Notes under the pieces: model-generated
What the model was told of the DNA's origin: nothing
What the model saw: only the letters and a program-made list of their open reading frames with translations
Databases searched by the model: none
Origin: Candidatus Thiovulum imperiosus
GTDB lineage: Bacteria > Campylobacterota > Campylobacteria > Campylobacterales > Thiovulaceae
Length of the DNA stretch: 64,000 nt
Reading direction: 5' to 3'
Assembly (NCBI GenBank): GCA_024281175.1
Contig: JAMJTW010000008.1
Span: 159,309 to 223,308, forward strand
Translations under genes and position numbers: made by a program
Part shown: positions 29,154 to 39,783 of the stretch, piece after piece
How the letters are laid out: the number at the start of each line of letters is the position of its first letter
Position numbering within the stretch: the first letter of the stretch is position 1

Positions 29154-29874
29154 CTGAAACTCCTTTTCTTGCAATTATAAGAGAAGAGACACCCATCGAA
29201 AAAGAGAGGTTGTGAATAGTTTCAAATCCAACACTCTCTAGCTCTGCCACCATCTCTTCAGAAGAGACAAAATCTCCAATAGAGTTTGGAAGATAGGTGT
29301 ATGCTTCCCTGTTTCCAGAAATCATACCTCCAAGAATTGGAAGAATTTTGTTCATATAGAAATCTCTGCTTCTGGAGACAAGACCTCTTTTTCTATCTTT
29401 TGTAAATTCTAAAATTACAACAAGACCACCACTCTTTAGGGTCTTAAAGAACTCCACAAATGCCTTTTCTCTTTCAACAACATTTCTAATTCCATAAGCA
29501 ATAGAGATGATATCAGCACTATCACTTTCAAGTCCCATTTCAGTAGCAGATGCTATTTTAAATTCAAATTGTGGAAACTTCTTTTTCCCAACATCAACCA
29601 TTCCAACAGATGGGTCAATTCCTAAAATATGGGCAACTTCTATCTCAAGTTTTCTTGCTTCCTTTTCCCAGAAACCCATCATATCTCCAGTTCCACAGGC
29701 AACATCAACTATTAAATCTATATCCTCCTTTTGATATGTAGAGAGTGCCAGATTTATTCCCTTTTTCCGCCAATTTTTATCAACACCAAAACTTAAAATT
29801 CTATTTGCAATATCATAACTTTTTGCAATGTTGTCAAACATAGAGACAATTTTCTGCTGTTTATCCATACTCAT
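29146..29874 (-). CDS. ubiE: Demethylmenaquinone/ubiquinone C-methyltransferase
   Basis: VSMFDNIAKSYDIANRILSFG N-terminus, SAM motif VDVACGTGD. 8-nt ATGTTTGA overlap with ffh. Confidence 0.9.
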   Translation of the reverse strand: MSMDKQQKIVSMFDNIAKSYDIANRILSFGVDKNWRKKGINLALSTYQKEDIDLIVDVACGTGDMMGFWEKEARKLEIEVAHILGIDPSVGMVDVGKKKFPQFEFKIASATEMGLESDSADIISIAYGIRNVVEREKAFVEFFKTLKSGGLVVILEFTKDRKRGLVSRSRDFYMNKILPILGGMISGNREAYTYLPNSIGDFVSSEEMVAELESVGFETIHNLSFSMGVSSLIIARKGVSDV

Positions 29875-30018
29875 TCCATTTTTGGAAATTGTAACAAAGT
29901 TAAAATTGCAGACTCTTCAAATTTATTTAGCCCGATAAAACAACTATTTATCATTATAGCACAATTTTAAAACACTTTTTTAGATACAATAAATTTCTAG
30001 GAATTAAGGAGTTAAATA

Positions 30019-30516
30019 ATGTTTAGGTTTGTAGCTTTTTTTTTCTTAACATCGAAATTGCTGTTAGGAATAGAAGAGAATGAAGTTCGTATTGAGGCAA
30101 ACATCTTTGAGGCAAATGAGAAAGATAGAGTCTCTATCTTTAGTGGTAATGTTAAAATAAAAAAAGGTATTGATGAGCTGAACTCCTCAGCTGTAAAAAT
30201 ATATTTTGATGAAACACATCAACCAATAAAATATGAAGTTTTAGAGAAAGTATCTTTCAAACTCTATGTTCGTGAGGACTCAACTTATTTGGGAAAAGCT
30301 GACAAAGTTTATCTATTTCCAAACACTAAAAAATATATATTTTCAGGAGATGTCTCTATTTTAGAGATAGAGAGTGATAGAAGAATAGAGGGAAATCGAG
30401 TCTCTTTAGATGTAGAGTCTGGTAGTGCTAGAATAATTGGAAATGAGAGTAAGCCTGTTGTAATGAGTTTTAAAATCGAGGCAAAAAAGAGTGTAGGTGA
30501 AAAGAGTAGAGACTAA
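30019..30516 (+). CDS. lptA: LptA/OstA-N-like periplasmic LPS transport protein
   Basis: Signal peptide; OstA-like repeated beta pattern ([26 protein letters not shown]...); 165 aa. Confidence 0.65.
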   Translation: MFRFVAFFFLTSKLLLGIEENEVRIEANIFEANEKDRVSIFSGNVKIKKGIDELNSSAVKIYFDETHQPIKYEVLEKVSFKLYVREDSTYLGKADKVYLFPNTKKYIFSGDVSILEIESDRRIEGNRVSLDVESGSARIIGNESKPVVMSFKIEAKKSVGEKSRD

Positions 30517-31549
30517 AAAGATATCTGTCGGAGGTGTAGATATAGGAGGAGACTCTCCTATCTCAGTTCAGTCGATGACATTTTCTAAAACTAGAGATGT
30601 TGAAGATACAGTTTCTCAAATAAACCGACTCCATTTTGCTGGAGCAGATATAGTTAGAGTTGCTGTTCCAGATATTGAAGATGCAGAAGCTATTCCAGAA
30701 ATCCGAAAACAGACATCACTTCCTATAATTGCAGATATCCACTTCAATTATAAACTTGCTCTCATGGTTGCTCCTTTTGTTGATGGAATAAGAATAAATC
30801 CTGGAAATATAGGTTCAAAAGATAGAGTTAAAGAGGTTGTAAAAGCGTGTAAAGAGAGAAATCTTCCTATTCGAATTGGTGTAAATGGAGGTAGTTTAGA
30901 GAAAGAGTTTGAGATGAGGTATGGAGCAACTTCCCAAGGAATGGTTGCTAGTGCTGATTACAATATCAAATTTCTTGAAGATTTGGATTTTACAGATATA
31001 AAAGTCTCAATGAAAGCTAGTGATGTTGAGAGAACTGTTGAGGCCTATCGAAAACTACGACCTATGAATAACTACCCTTTTCATTTAGGAGTTACAGAGG
31101 CTGGAACTCTTTTTCATGCAACAGTGAAATCGGCAATTGGAATTGGTTCTCTTCTTTTAGATGGTATTGGAGACACAATTCGAGTCTCTATTACAGGAGA
31201 GTTGGAAGAGGAAATTCGGGTTGGTCGAGCAATTTTAAAAGACTCAGGTAGAGAGAAAAATGGAGTAAACATTATCTCTTGTCCAACTTGTGGTAGACTT
31301 GAAGCAGATTTAGTTAAAGCTGTTGAAGAGATTGAAAAAGTTACAAAAGATATTAAAAAACCACTCAACCTTTCCGTAATGGGCTGTGTTGTAAATGCGA
31401 TTGGAGAAGCCAAACACTCTGATGTAGCCATAGCTTATGGAAAAGAGAAAGGTCTTATTATGGTAAAAGGTGAAGTCGTTGCATCTCTACCCGAAGATAA
31501 ACTTGTAGATAAATTTTTAGAAGAAGTAAAAAAGTTTAAAATAAATTAA
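30497..31549 (+). CDS. ispG: 4-hydroxy-3-methylbut-2-en-1-yl diphosphate synthase
   Basis: GTG start; [16 protein letters not shown], and the C-terminal CPTCGR...GCVVN cluster motif. Confidence 0.95.
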   Translation: MKRVETKKISVGGVDIGGDSPISVQSMTFSKTRDVEDTVSQINRLHFAGADIVRVAVPDIEDAEAIPEIRKQTSLPIIADIHFNYKLALMVAPFVDGIRINPGNIGSKDRVKEVVKACKERNLPIRIGVNGGSLEKEFEMRYGATSQGMVASADYNIKFLEDLDFTDIKVSMKASDVERTVEAYRKLRPMNNYPFHLGVTEAGTLFHATVKSAIGIGSLLLDGIGDTIRVSITGELEEEIRVGRAILKDSGREKNGVNIISCPTCGRLEADLVKAVEEIEKVTKDIKKPLNLSVMGCVVNAIGEAKHSDVAIAYGKEKGLIMVKGEVVASLPEDKLVDKFLEEVKKFKIN

Positions 31550-31596
31550 AAAATGTTTTTCGATAAAATTTCAATTAAAATCCACTGGAGATAATC

Positions 31597-32733
31597 TTGA
31601 AAATAGATAGTCTTATTTTTAGGGACAGTAGATGGAAAATAGAGAAAAACAGTATTTTAGAAAAAGAGAAAGCCTCTATAATTTTCTCATTTGGAACTGT
31701 ACAAGGTATTGAGAGTTGTGATTTCTCTGAATTGCAGAAGATGTATCCAAATGCTCATTTAGTTGGCGGAAGTACAGCTGGAACTATCTATAAAGATGAG
31801 ATATTTGAAGATAGTTTTGTTGTTGCATCTGTTCTTCAACTTGAGAAGAGTAGAGTCAAAATAGCTACTGAAGAGCTTTCAGATATGGAGAGTAGTTTTA
31901 AAATTGGAGAGAGGATATATAAAAATCTTGAAGATGATGAACTCCGTCATATCGTAGTTTTATCAGATACAATAAATATTAATGGTTCTCAATTTGTTTC
32001 TGGTTTAAATTCTGCTTCAGGTAGTAAAATACCAATTTCTGGAGGTATATTAGCTGAAGAGACTAAAGAGTTTCTACAAGCCTCTGTAATAGTAGATGAT
32101 AGTATTAAATCTTTTCGAGCTGTTGGAGTGGGATTTTATGGGGAGATAGATAGTTATTTTGGTTCAGACTCAGGTTGGGAAGATTTTGGAACTTATAGAA
32201 CTGTTACAAAATCTGATGGTAATGTAGTTTATGAAATTGATGAAAAACCAGCCCTCGATTTATATAAGAAATATCTTGGTGATTTAGCAAAAGATTTACC
32301 AGTTTCAGGATTGAGATTTCCTCTAAATGTTTTGGCAAAAGGAGAGAAGAGAGCAGTTATTCGAACTCTAAGTGCTATAAATGAAAAAGAGAAGAGTTTA
32401 ACTTTTGTTGGTGATGTTCCTCAAGACTCTAAAGCGAGACTTATGAAAACAAATATAGACGGTTTAATTGATGGTGCAGAGAGTGCTATTAAAATGACCA
32501 ATTTCATCTCACAAGATAGAGAAGCCTATTGTCTTGCTATAAGTTGTATAGGAAGAAGAGTAATTTTAGACCAACTTACAGAAGAGGAACTTACAACTAT
32601 TAAAGAGTATTTAGGAGAGAAGACAGAGATAACAGGTTTTTACTCTTATGGTGAAATAGCTCCATTTTCAGATAGTTTCCACTGCCATTTTCACAACCAA
32701 ACAATGACATTAACACTATTACAAGAGAGGTAA
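31597..32733 (+). CDS. FIST-domain signal-sensing protein
   Basis: TTG start; 378 aa. FIST_N/FIST_C-like pattern (GGSTAGTI..., FYSYGEIAP near the C-terminus). Stop lies 2 nt before the kinase gene. Confidence 0.7.
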   Translation: MKIDSLIFRDSRWKIEKNSILEKEKASIIFSFGTVQGIESCDFSELQKMYPNAHLVGGSTAGTIYKDEIFEDSFVVASVLQLEKSRVKIATEELSDMESSFKIGERIYKNLEDDELRHIVVLSDTININGSQFVSGLNSASGSKIPISGGILAEETKEFLQASVIVDDSIKSFRAVGVGFYGEIDSYFGSDSGWEDFGTYRTVTKSDGNVVYEIDEKPALDLYKKYLGDLAKDLPVSGLRFPLNVLAKGEKRAVIRTLSAINEKEKSLTFVGDVPQDSKARLMKTNIDGLIDGAESAIKMTNFISQDREAYCLAISCIGRRVILDQLTEEELTTIKEYLGEKTEITGFYSYGEIAPFSDSFHCHFHNQTMTLTLLQER

Positions 32734-32735
32734 AA

Positions 32736-34103
32736 TTGCACCGCCTTTTAAAAAGACAGATGAAAAAGATATTGGGAGTTTCAAATTTTGAAGAGCTTCC
32801 AGAAGATATTGCTAAATTTGCCAAAGCAATAGAGAATACTTATGAGAGTTTTGATATAGATAAGAAACTTCTTGAAAATACTATTATTATCAATACAGAA
32901 GAGTTAAATGAGCTGAATTTAAAAATTCAACTTGAAAATGAGTTAAGACTTAAGGGTCTTATTGAACAAGCACCTTACGGTTTTGTAATTGTAGATTATG
33001 ATGGTGAAGTTGTTGATGCAAATAAGTTTGCGTCAGATACACTTGGTTATGAGAAGAGAGATTTGGTCTCTTGTAAAATAGAGTCTCTTTTTAAATCGAG
33101 AGAGAATTTTGAATTTCAAGATTTAAGAGATAAGATAATGAGAGGCGAAAAGATATCTTTTGATGAGGTTATGAAAACATCTGTAAATAGTGATATTCCC
33201 GTAGAGATAACAGCTGGAAAATTTATAATTAAAGAGACACCTCACATTCTTATCATGTTTCAAGATATTATTGAGAGAGTTCAAGCTGAAAAGATGGCTC
33301 GTCAAAAACAGTTAGAGATAGAGAATTTAAATAAACAATTAGAAGAGAGAGTTCAGCAAGAGGTTATTAAAAACCTTGAGAAAGACCAACTTCTAATTCA
33401 GCAATCAAAAATGGCAGCAATTGGAGATATGATGGGAAATATTGCTCATCAGTGGAGACAGCCTTTAAACAATTTATCTATCGCTATTCAAGATGTTGAA
33501 GAGGCTTTTCTTTTTGATGAGTTGAATGGAAACTATATTGAAGAGTTTATTGAAAACTCTATGAGCAATGTCCGTTTTATGAGTAAAACAATAGATGACT
33601 TTAGAAACTTTTTTAAACCAACAAAATCTAAAGTGGAATTTAAGTTAAAAGAGGCTATTGAAGATATTTTGAAAATAGTTTCAGCTCAACTTAAAAATAA
33701 CAATATCTCAATCTCTATTGATGGTGAAAACTACTCAGTAATAGGCTATCCAAATGAGTTCAAGCAAGTAATTTTAAATCTCACAAACAATGCAAAAGAT
33801 GCAATTATTGAAAATAGAGTAGAGGGTGGGAAGATTGAGATAGCTATTTCAGATAGTGATGATGAGAAATATAAACTTATAACTATTCAAGATAATGGTG
33901 GTGGAATTCCAAAACATGTTATATCCAGAATTTTTGAACCGTACTTCACAACAAAAAAGGGAAATAAGGGAACTGGAATTGGTCTTTATATGTCAAAAAC
34001 AATTATTGAAGGAAATATGTCTGGAGAACTTCTTGTCAAGAATGAGAATGGTGGAGCAAAATTTTATCTTTCACTGCCTCATGTTGTAAAACTTAAAAAC
34101 TAA
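32736..34103 (+). CDS. PAS-domain sensor histidine kinase
   Basis: TTG start; PAS segment (IEQAPYGFVIVDYDGEVVDANKFA...), coiled linker, H-box IAHQWRQPL, ATPase boxes NLTNNAKDA, DNGGGIP, GTGIGLYMSK. Confidence 0.85.
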   Translation: MHRLLKRQMKKILGVSNFEELPEDIAKFAKAIENTYESFDIDKKLLENTIIINTEELNELNLKIQLENELRLKGLIEQAPYGFVIVDYDGEVVDANKFASDTLGYEKRDLVSCKIESLFKSRENFEFQDLRDKIMRGEKISFDEVMKTSVNSDIPVEITAGKFIIKETPHILIMFQDIIERVQAEKMARQKQLEIENLNKQLEERVQQEVIKNLEKDQLLIQQSKMAAIGDMMGNIAHQWRQPLNNLSIAIQDVEEAFLFDELNGNYIEEFIENSMSNVRFMSKTIDDFRNFFKPTKSKVEFKLKEAIEDILKIVSAQLKNNNISISIDGENYSVIGYPNEFKQVILNLTNNAKDAIIENRVEGGKIEIAISDSDDEKYKLITIQDNGGGIPKHVISRIFEPYFTTKKGNKGTGIGLYMSKTIIEGNMSGELLVKNENGGAKFYLSLPHVVKLKN

Positions 34104-34166
34104 ATATTTTTTCTCATATTATTCAAAAGTGGCAGTTATATAATTTTATAAAAACGAGTAGAAGAG

Positions 34167-34868
34167 TTGAAACTAATTCGTCAAATCAAAAAAGATATTA
34201 AATCTGTCATAGACAATGACCCAGCTATCCACTCAAAAGTTGAACTCTTCTTCAACTACCCAGGTTTCTGGGCTATTGTCAATTACAGAATTGCAAACAG
34301 AATTTATAAATCGGGATTTAAGAGAATTGGTAGAGCTATTATGGGAATTTCTCAAATGCTCACAAATATCGATATCCACCCTGGAGCAACAATTGGAGAC
34401 GGTATTTTCATTGACCACGGTTTTGGAGTTGTTATTGGAGAAACAGCAATTCTTGAAAACAATATTCTTATCTATCAAGGTGTTACTCTTGGAGGAGTTA
34501 GTTTAAATAAGGGAAAACGACACCCAACTATAAAAAGTGGAGTTGTAATTGGTGCTGGAGCTAAAATTCTTGGAGATATTACAATTGGAGAAAATAGTAA
34601 AGTTGGTGCAAATTCGGTCGTTGTAAAAGATGTCCCAAATAACTCTACTGCAATTGGAATTCCAGCAAGAGTCATCAATAGAGGAAGATGTGGAAATCCT
34701 CTATCTCACAACAAACTTCCAGATATAGATAAAGAACTATTTGAATATCTAATAAAGAGAGTTGCTGTTTTAGAGCATGTTCTTATGCAAGACAATAGAG
34801 ATATTGTTGAAAAAGATTTAGAATTAGATGCTATTTATGATACTTTCTTGAAAAGTGTTAAAACTTAA
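34167..34868 (+). CDS. cysE: Serine O-acetyltransferase
   Basis: TTG start; DPAIHSKVELFFNYPGF, hexapeptide repeats IHPGATIGDGIFIDHGFGVVIGETA. Confidence 0.9.
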   Translation: MKLIRQIKKDIKSVIDNDPAIHSKVELFFNYPGFWAIVNYRIANRIYKSGFKRIGRAIMGISQMLTNIDIHPGATIGDGIFIDHGFGVVIGETAILENNILIYQGVTLGGVSLNKGKRHPTIKSGVVIGAGAKILGDITIGENSKVGANSVVVKDVPNNSTAIGIPARVINRGRCGNPLSHNKLPDIDKELFEYLIKRVAVLEHVLMQDNRDIVEKDLELDAIYDTFLKSVKT

Positions 34869-34948
34869 AATATCTACTTTTTAAAACGATTTGTGAAAAT
34901 AGCAAGGAGTGTTCAAAATGAACGACTCTATTTTTACAAAGGTTAGTA

Positions 34949-37018
34949 ATGCAGTTTATATTTCTCTTTCTTCCAATTTTTCTCTATGGAGATATTGGAA
35001 CTCTCATCTCCAAAACAGTTTCTGATATTGGAGCAAAAACCATAGATGAAACTTCACTAGAGTATTCTGAAGCAAAAAAGATTTTTGATGAAACAAATTT
35101 AAAACTTGAAGAGCAAAAGAGTCGCTTTAAATCTCAAACTTTAAAACTCTCCATAGATGCTTCTTATCTTCATAGAACTCTATCTGAAAAAGAGAGAGAT
35201 ATAGAGTCTCTCTCTTCAACTCTAAATAGAAAACGGGCGAAACTTGAACAGATAGAAGCTGATATTAGAGCTGAGAAGAGTTATGTAAAAGAGTTGCAAA
35301 AACTTCTAAATCGGAAACTCTCTTTCAACTCAAATATCTCAACTCAAGGATATCTTTTCGCTTTTGTTGAAGATAAACGGTCAGTAAGTCGAGACATTTT
35401 TATAGATAGAGCAGTTCAAAGTATAAATCGAGAAGCGATTGAACAGCTTAATGGAATTTTCATAGAGTCAATTTCCAAATTCAATAAAACTCTTTCTCAA
35501 AGAGTTCGCGAAACCTCATCAGGAACAGCGATTTCTGATAGTTCTGAAACAACAATAAAACTCTTCTTTTCAAATAGTCGTAGCAACTCAGTAATGATTT
35601 ACGGAACAACTGTTGATGTCTACCCTTTTGAGAAAGGTGAAGTTATCTCCAGACATAAAAGAAAAAATTTTAAAGAGAGTTTTGTAACTCTAGTTCGAGA
35701 TGGTAGAGATATTCCACGAATTTTAAAAGAGATTTCAAAAAAATATCCAAAACTCGAGATTCCCACAGATTTAGAATCTAAACTAAAATCTGCTTTGGAT
35801 TCCATCTCAAAACATAACTCCAAAAGTGAAGATGCAATTCGAAATATCTCCTCTTCTCAAGATGAGTTTCAGAAAAAGATTCAAAATAGAATCTCTTCTC
35901 GAAAAGATGTTTTAATAGTTTTAGAGAGTCATCAGAAGTTGGCGAAAAGTGAAGTTGAGGATTTAGAGATAGATTTGAAAATTCTTCATAGTGAAAGAGA
36001 GAATCTCGAAAATGAATTTATCTCTCTTCAGAGAAAATTAGTAAAATTGAAACGAAGTATAACTTTTCAGAGAGCTGAAATGTATGATAGAAAGCATTCC
36101 AACGCAGTTGAAGAGACGAAGAGTATAGCAAAAGAACTTCTTTTAGATATAGACAAATCTCTTTTAAAAACTTCAAAAAGTATGGAGACAGTTTTCAATG
36201 GTTCAGAAATTTTGAAAGATGTTGTAAATGAAGTTGAGTATGAGAAGATATATGTTGGAGCTACGGTTACACCATATTTTGTAAGTGGAACAGACCGAAC
36301 AGGAGCTTTAGTCTCTTTGGAGATAGAGTTTCGAGACAAAAGGTTACCTGAGATTTCAGAACTTGAAGAGGAGCGATTTGTAAAAATTCCAAAAGGGAAG
36401 TTTCGTTTTGGTTCAAATTCTGGAGAGAGTGATGAGAAGCCAGAAATTGAAATTGAGATTTCAAAAGAGTTTTACATTGGAAAGTATGAAGTTACTCGAA
36501 AAGAGTATATGGAGTTTGCAAATGCTGTAAATGGACATTATCCAAAAAAGTATAGAGATGGTTGTATTGAAGATACATGTCCAATTGTTGGTATCTCTTG
36601 GATTGATGCTGTAGCTTATACAGAGTGGCTCTCTAAAAAGAGTGGTGAGAAATATCGACTTCCAACAGAAATTGAGTGGGAGTATGTAGCAAAAGGAGAT
36701 TTAAATTTAGATTTTGGTTTTCTTTATGGAAAATTATCAGACCACGCTTGGTATTTTGAAAATAGTATTGATGAGGTTCACGCTGTCGGTCTAAAAAAGC
36801 CTAATCTATTTGGAGCTTATGATATGAATGGAAATATTTGGGAGCTTTGTGGAGATAGTTATAACTACAATTTTCGAACAAAACGGTATAGCACTTATAA
36901 AGTTATGAGAGGTGGAGATTTCAAAAGTCGAAAGTTCTATGTTCGCTCTTCAAATCGTGCCAAATTTCGCCAAGATAGAAAAAGTCCATCTGTCGGTTTC
37001 CGACTTGTAAAAGAGTAG
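34949..37018 (+). CDS. Secreted coiled-coil protein with C-terminal FGE-sulfatase (SUMF1/EgtB/PvdO-type) domain
   Basis: Signal-like N-terminus, ~440 aa of heptad-rich sequence, then FVKIPKGKFRFGS...EKPEIEIEISKEFYIGKYEVT...GISWIDAVAYTEWLS...YRLPTEIEWEY...NGNIWELCGD...MRGGDF...VGFRLV. Confidence 0.75.
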   Translation: MQFIFLFLPIFLYGDIGTLISKTVSDIGAKTIDETSLEYSEAKKIFDETNLKLEEQKSRFKSQTLKLSIDASYLHRTLSEKERDIESLSSTLNRKRAKLEQIEADIRAEKSYVKELQKLLNRKLSFNSNISTQGYLFAFVEDKRSVSRDIFIDRAVQSINREAIEQLNGIFIESISKFNKTLSQRVRETSSGTAISDSSETTIKLFFSNSRSNSVMIYGTTVDVYPFEKGEVISRHKRKNFKESFVTLVRDGRDIPRILKEISKKYPKLEIPTDLESKLKSALDSISKHNSKSEDAIRNISSSQDEFQKKIQNRISSRKDVLIVLESHQKLAKSEVEDLEIDLKILHSERENLENEFISLQRKLVKLKRSITFQRAEMYDRKHSNAVEETKSIAKELLLDIDKSLLKTSKSMETVFNGSEILKDVVNEVEYEKIYVGATVTPYFVSGTDRTGALVSLEIEFRDKRLPEISELEEERFVKIPKGKFRFGSNSGESDEKPEIEIEISKEFYIGKYEVTRKEYMEFANAVNGHYPKKYRDGCIEDTCPIVGISWIDAVAYTEWLSKKSGEKYRLPTEIEWEYVAKGDLNLDFGFLYGKLSDHAWYFENSIDEVHAVGLKKPNLFGAYDMNGNIWELCGDSYNYNFRTKRYSTYKVMRGGDFKSRKFYVRSSNRAKFRQDRKSPSVGFRLVKE

Positions 37019-37020
37019 TT

Positions 37021-38826
37021 TTGTCAAATCTTTTAAATTTTCTTAGTGGAATTCACCCATTTGAACTACTTTCTGAAAGTGAGTTAGAAGAGACTCTTTC
37101 TCATATAGATATTGGATATTACAAAAGGGGAGAGACTCTAATCTCCATAGACTCCTCTCCAGAAAAACTCTATATGATTTTAAAAGGTAGAGTTCTTGAG
37201 TTTGAAGAAGAGAAAGTTGTCTCAATTTATAATGAACGCGAGAGTTTAGATGCCAAATCTATTTTAGATGGAGTCTCTAAAAACAGATTTGTAGTTGATG
37301 AAGAGTTGCTCTGTTATGAACTTTCAAAAGAGAAGTTTCTAAAACTTCTTCAAACACATCAAAGTTTTAAAAACTACTACATGGAGAGTTTTGTTAAAAA
37401 GATTGGTTCTATTAGAAAAGGTGGAGCATTATCTCTTTTTATGGTTGCAAAAGTCTCTAATATATTTCTCCACTCTGTAACTTTTGCAAAACCAGATGAG
37501 AGTTTGCAAAGTGCTGTAAAGCGAAAAGAGAGTGAAAAGTCGAGTGCCATTCTTGTTGAAGGTAGTGAAATCTCAATTGTTACGGATACAAACATTCGAA
37601 AGAGTCTAGTTTTAGAAGAGCAACCTCTTTCAACTCCAGTTGGAGAAATTGGAATTAAACCAGTTCAAACAATAGATTTTGAGGACTTTCTTTTTAATGC
37701 TTTACTTCTAATTACAAAACATCAAATAAAGAGATTAGTGGTTTTGAAAGAGGGTAAAATAGTTGGTATTTTAGAACAGATGGATATTTTAAGTTATTTC
37801 TCAAACCACTCTCATCTTGTTATGGTTGAGATTGAAAAGGCATCTTCAGTAGAAGAGCTTCTCTCAATTTCAAATCGTTTTATCTCTCTAATTAGAACCC
37901 TGCATGAGAAAGATGTCAAAGTTCGACATAGTGCAAAACTTATAAATGAACTCAATATCAAAATATATTTCAAACTTGCAAACCTCATCTTTCCAAAAGA
38001 GCTTCATTCTCAAATTTCACTCTTTGTTATGGGTAGTGAGGGGCGTAGAGAACAGATTTTAAAAACTGACCAAGATAATGGAATTATTTTAAAAAATAGT
38101 CTAATTCGAGATGAGGTTCTGAAATATGCAAAACTATTTAGTTCTAAACTTCTTGAAATGGGATATCCAGAGTGTGACGGAAATATCATGGTTTCAAATC
38201 CATATTGGGTAGATAGTTTAGAAAATTTTAAAATTAGAATTTTAGAGTTTTTCGAAAACCCAACTCCTCAAGCTCTACTTGAACTCTCTATCATTTTTGA
38301 TGGCGAAACAGTCTTTGGAGATGAGAAACCTCTTTTGGAATTGAAAGAGCATCTTTTAAATAAGTTGCAAGATTTCCAATTTGTTCGAGATTCTCTTGCA
38401 AAAGCCTCACTCTCTTTTGAAACTCCACTCTCATTTTTTAAAAATTTCATTCTCGACTCTAAACATGACAATGAACTTGATATAAAGAAAGGTGGAATAT
38501 TTCCAATTGTTCATGGTGTCCGAATTTTAGCTATGGAGAAGAGAATCTTTCAGACAAATACAGTTGAGAGAATTAAGGAGTTAAACAATTTAGAAGTTTT
38601 TAATAGAGAATTTGCTTCTGAATTGATGGAGGCTTTTGATACATTGCTAACTCTTAGACTTAAAGCTAGACTTCAGAAAATAGATGATGAAAAGGAGTTG
38701 GATAACTATTTAAATCCAAATGATATTTCATCTTTTGAAAGGGTTTTATTAAAAGATAGTTTTCGAATTGTAGAGAGATTTAAAAAATTTATCACACACC
38801 ACTTTTCACTTGATAGGATTAGCTGA
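37021..38826 (+). CDS. cNMP-binding / CBS-pair / DUF294 nucleotidyltransferase protein
   Basis: TTG start 2 nt after the upstream stop. N-terminal cNMP-binding-like fold (GETLISIDSSPEKLYMILKGRV), CBS region, pol-beta NTase motif GSEGRREQILKTDQDNG, DUF294_C-like tail. Confidence 0.8.
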   Translation: MSNLLNFLSGIHPFELLSESELEETLSHIDIGYYKRGETLISIDSSPEKLYMILKGRVLEFEEEKVVSIYNERESLDAKSILDGVSKNRFVVDEELLCYELSKEKFLKLLQTHQSFKNYYMESFVKKIGSIRKGGALSLFMVAKVSNIFLHSVTFAKPDESLQSAVKRKESEKSSAILVEGSEISIVTDTNIRKSLVLEEQPLSTPVGEIGIKPVQTIDFEDFLFNALLLITKHQIKRLVVLKEGKIVGILEQMDILSYFSNHSHLVMVEIEKASSVEELLSISNRFISLIRTLHEKDVKVRHSAKLINELNIKIYFKLANLIFPKELHSQISLFVMGSEGRREQILKTDQDNGIILKNSLIRDEVLKYAKLFSSKLLEMGYPECDGNIMVSNPYWVDSLENFKIRILEFFENPTPQALLELSIIFDGETVFGDEKPLLELKEHLLNKLQDFQFVRDSLAKASLSFETPLSFFKNFILDSKHDNELDIKKGGIFPIVHGVRILAMEKRIFQTNTVERIKELNNLEVFNREFASELMEAFDTLLTLRLKARLQKIDDEKELDNYLNPNDISSFERVLLKDSFRIVERFKKFITHHFSLDRIS

Positions 38827-39419
38827 TGTTTCACAGCTTTTTCAAAAAATGGCAAAAGAAGAGATTAAAAGATGAGAAATATCTCTTTCTCTTTGAAGAG
38901 TGTTGTGATGATGAGGTAGTTGTTTTTGATACAGAGACAAGTGGTTTAAATCCAGAAATAGACCAGATAGTTTCAATAGGTGCTGTCAAAATAAAGGGAA
39001 ACAGAATTCTCCTTAGTGAAAAATTTCATATCTATATCAAAGGAAATTTGAAAGAAGAGGCGATAAAAATTCACCAAATTCGAAAACATGATTTACAAAA
39101 TGGAGAGAGTATTGAAAATGGAATTGAACAGTTTCTAAATTTTATAGGTTCTCGACCAGTTGTTGGATACTATCTCCAGTTTGATGTAGCCATGATAAAT
39201 AGAGAAGTTCGTCCAAAACTTGGAGTTGGACTTCCAAATAAAAAAATAGAAGTCTCAGAACTCTATTTTGACAAAATGCAGAAAAAGTTTCCTCATGGAA
39301 ATATAGATTTGAAATTTGACACAATTCTTAAAGAGTTACAAATTCCAACTTTAGGAAAACATGACGCTCTAAATGATGCCATCATGACAGCTATGATATA
39401 TCTAAAACTTAAGAAGTGA
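38826..39419 (+). CDS. DEDDh 3'-5' exonuclease (DnaQ/epsilon-like)
   Basis: Exo I VVFDTETSGL, Exo II region YYLQFDVAM, Exo III HDALNDA. TGATG overlap with the upstream gene. Confidence 0.8.
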   Translation: MFHSFFKKWQKKRLKDEKYLFLFEECCDDEVVVFDTETSGLNPEIDQIVSIGAVKIKGNRILLSEKFHIYIKGNLKEEAIKIHQIRKHDLQNGESIENGIEQFLNFIGSRPVVGYYLQFDVAMINREVRPKLGVGLPNKKIEVSELYFDKMQKKFPHGNIDLKFDTILKELQIPTLGKHDALNDAIMTAMIYLKLKK

Positions 39420-39783
39420 CTATTACTCCAATACACTCTTTTTTTAGTAATTCTAAATTTTCATCTTTTTGAAACTCTTTCCAGAATGGGAAAGTTCTGC
39501 ACTGTTGAGGTCGAACTGGATAGATGGAACATTTTCCATTTTCTAAGAAAACACAGAGATATTTACCACCAATTTTCAATTCTTTAATTGAGTAGCGATA
39601 TCCCTCTTTTCTTGTATATATCTCTAAGAACTCTTTTTCAGAGATGGAGAGAAATTTTGAAATCTCTCTCTGCTCCTCTTTTGAAAAGAAGATATTTCCA
39701 CTATCTCCTGAACAGCATTGTGCTTCACAACTGTTACAAGCCAGTGGGTCAAATTGGAACTTATATCCCTCTTCTCTTATCAA
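39409..39783 (-). CDS. YkgJ-family cysteine-cluster protein
   Basis: CNSCEAQCCSG and downstream C..C pattern typical of UPF0153/YkgJ. Confidence 0.7.
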   Translation of the reverse strand: MIREEGYKFQFDPLACNSCEAQCCSGDSGNIFFSKEEQREISKFLSISEKEFLEIYTRKEGYRYSIKELKIGGKYLCVFLENGKCSIYPVRPQQCRTFPFWKEFQKDENLELLKKECIGVIVTS

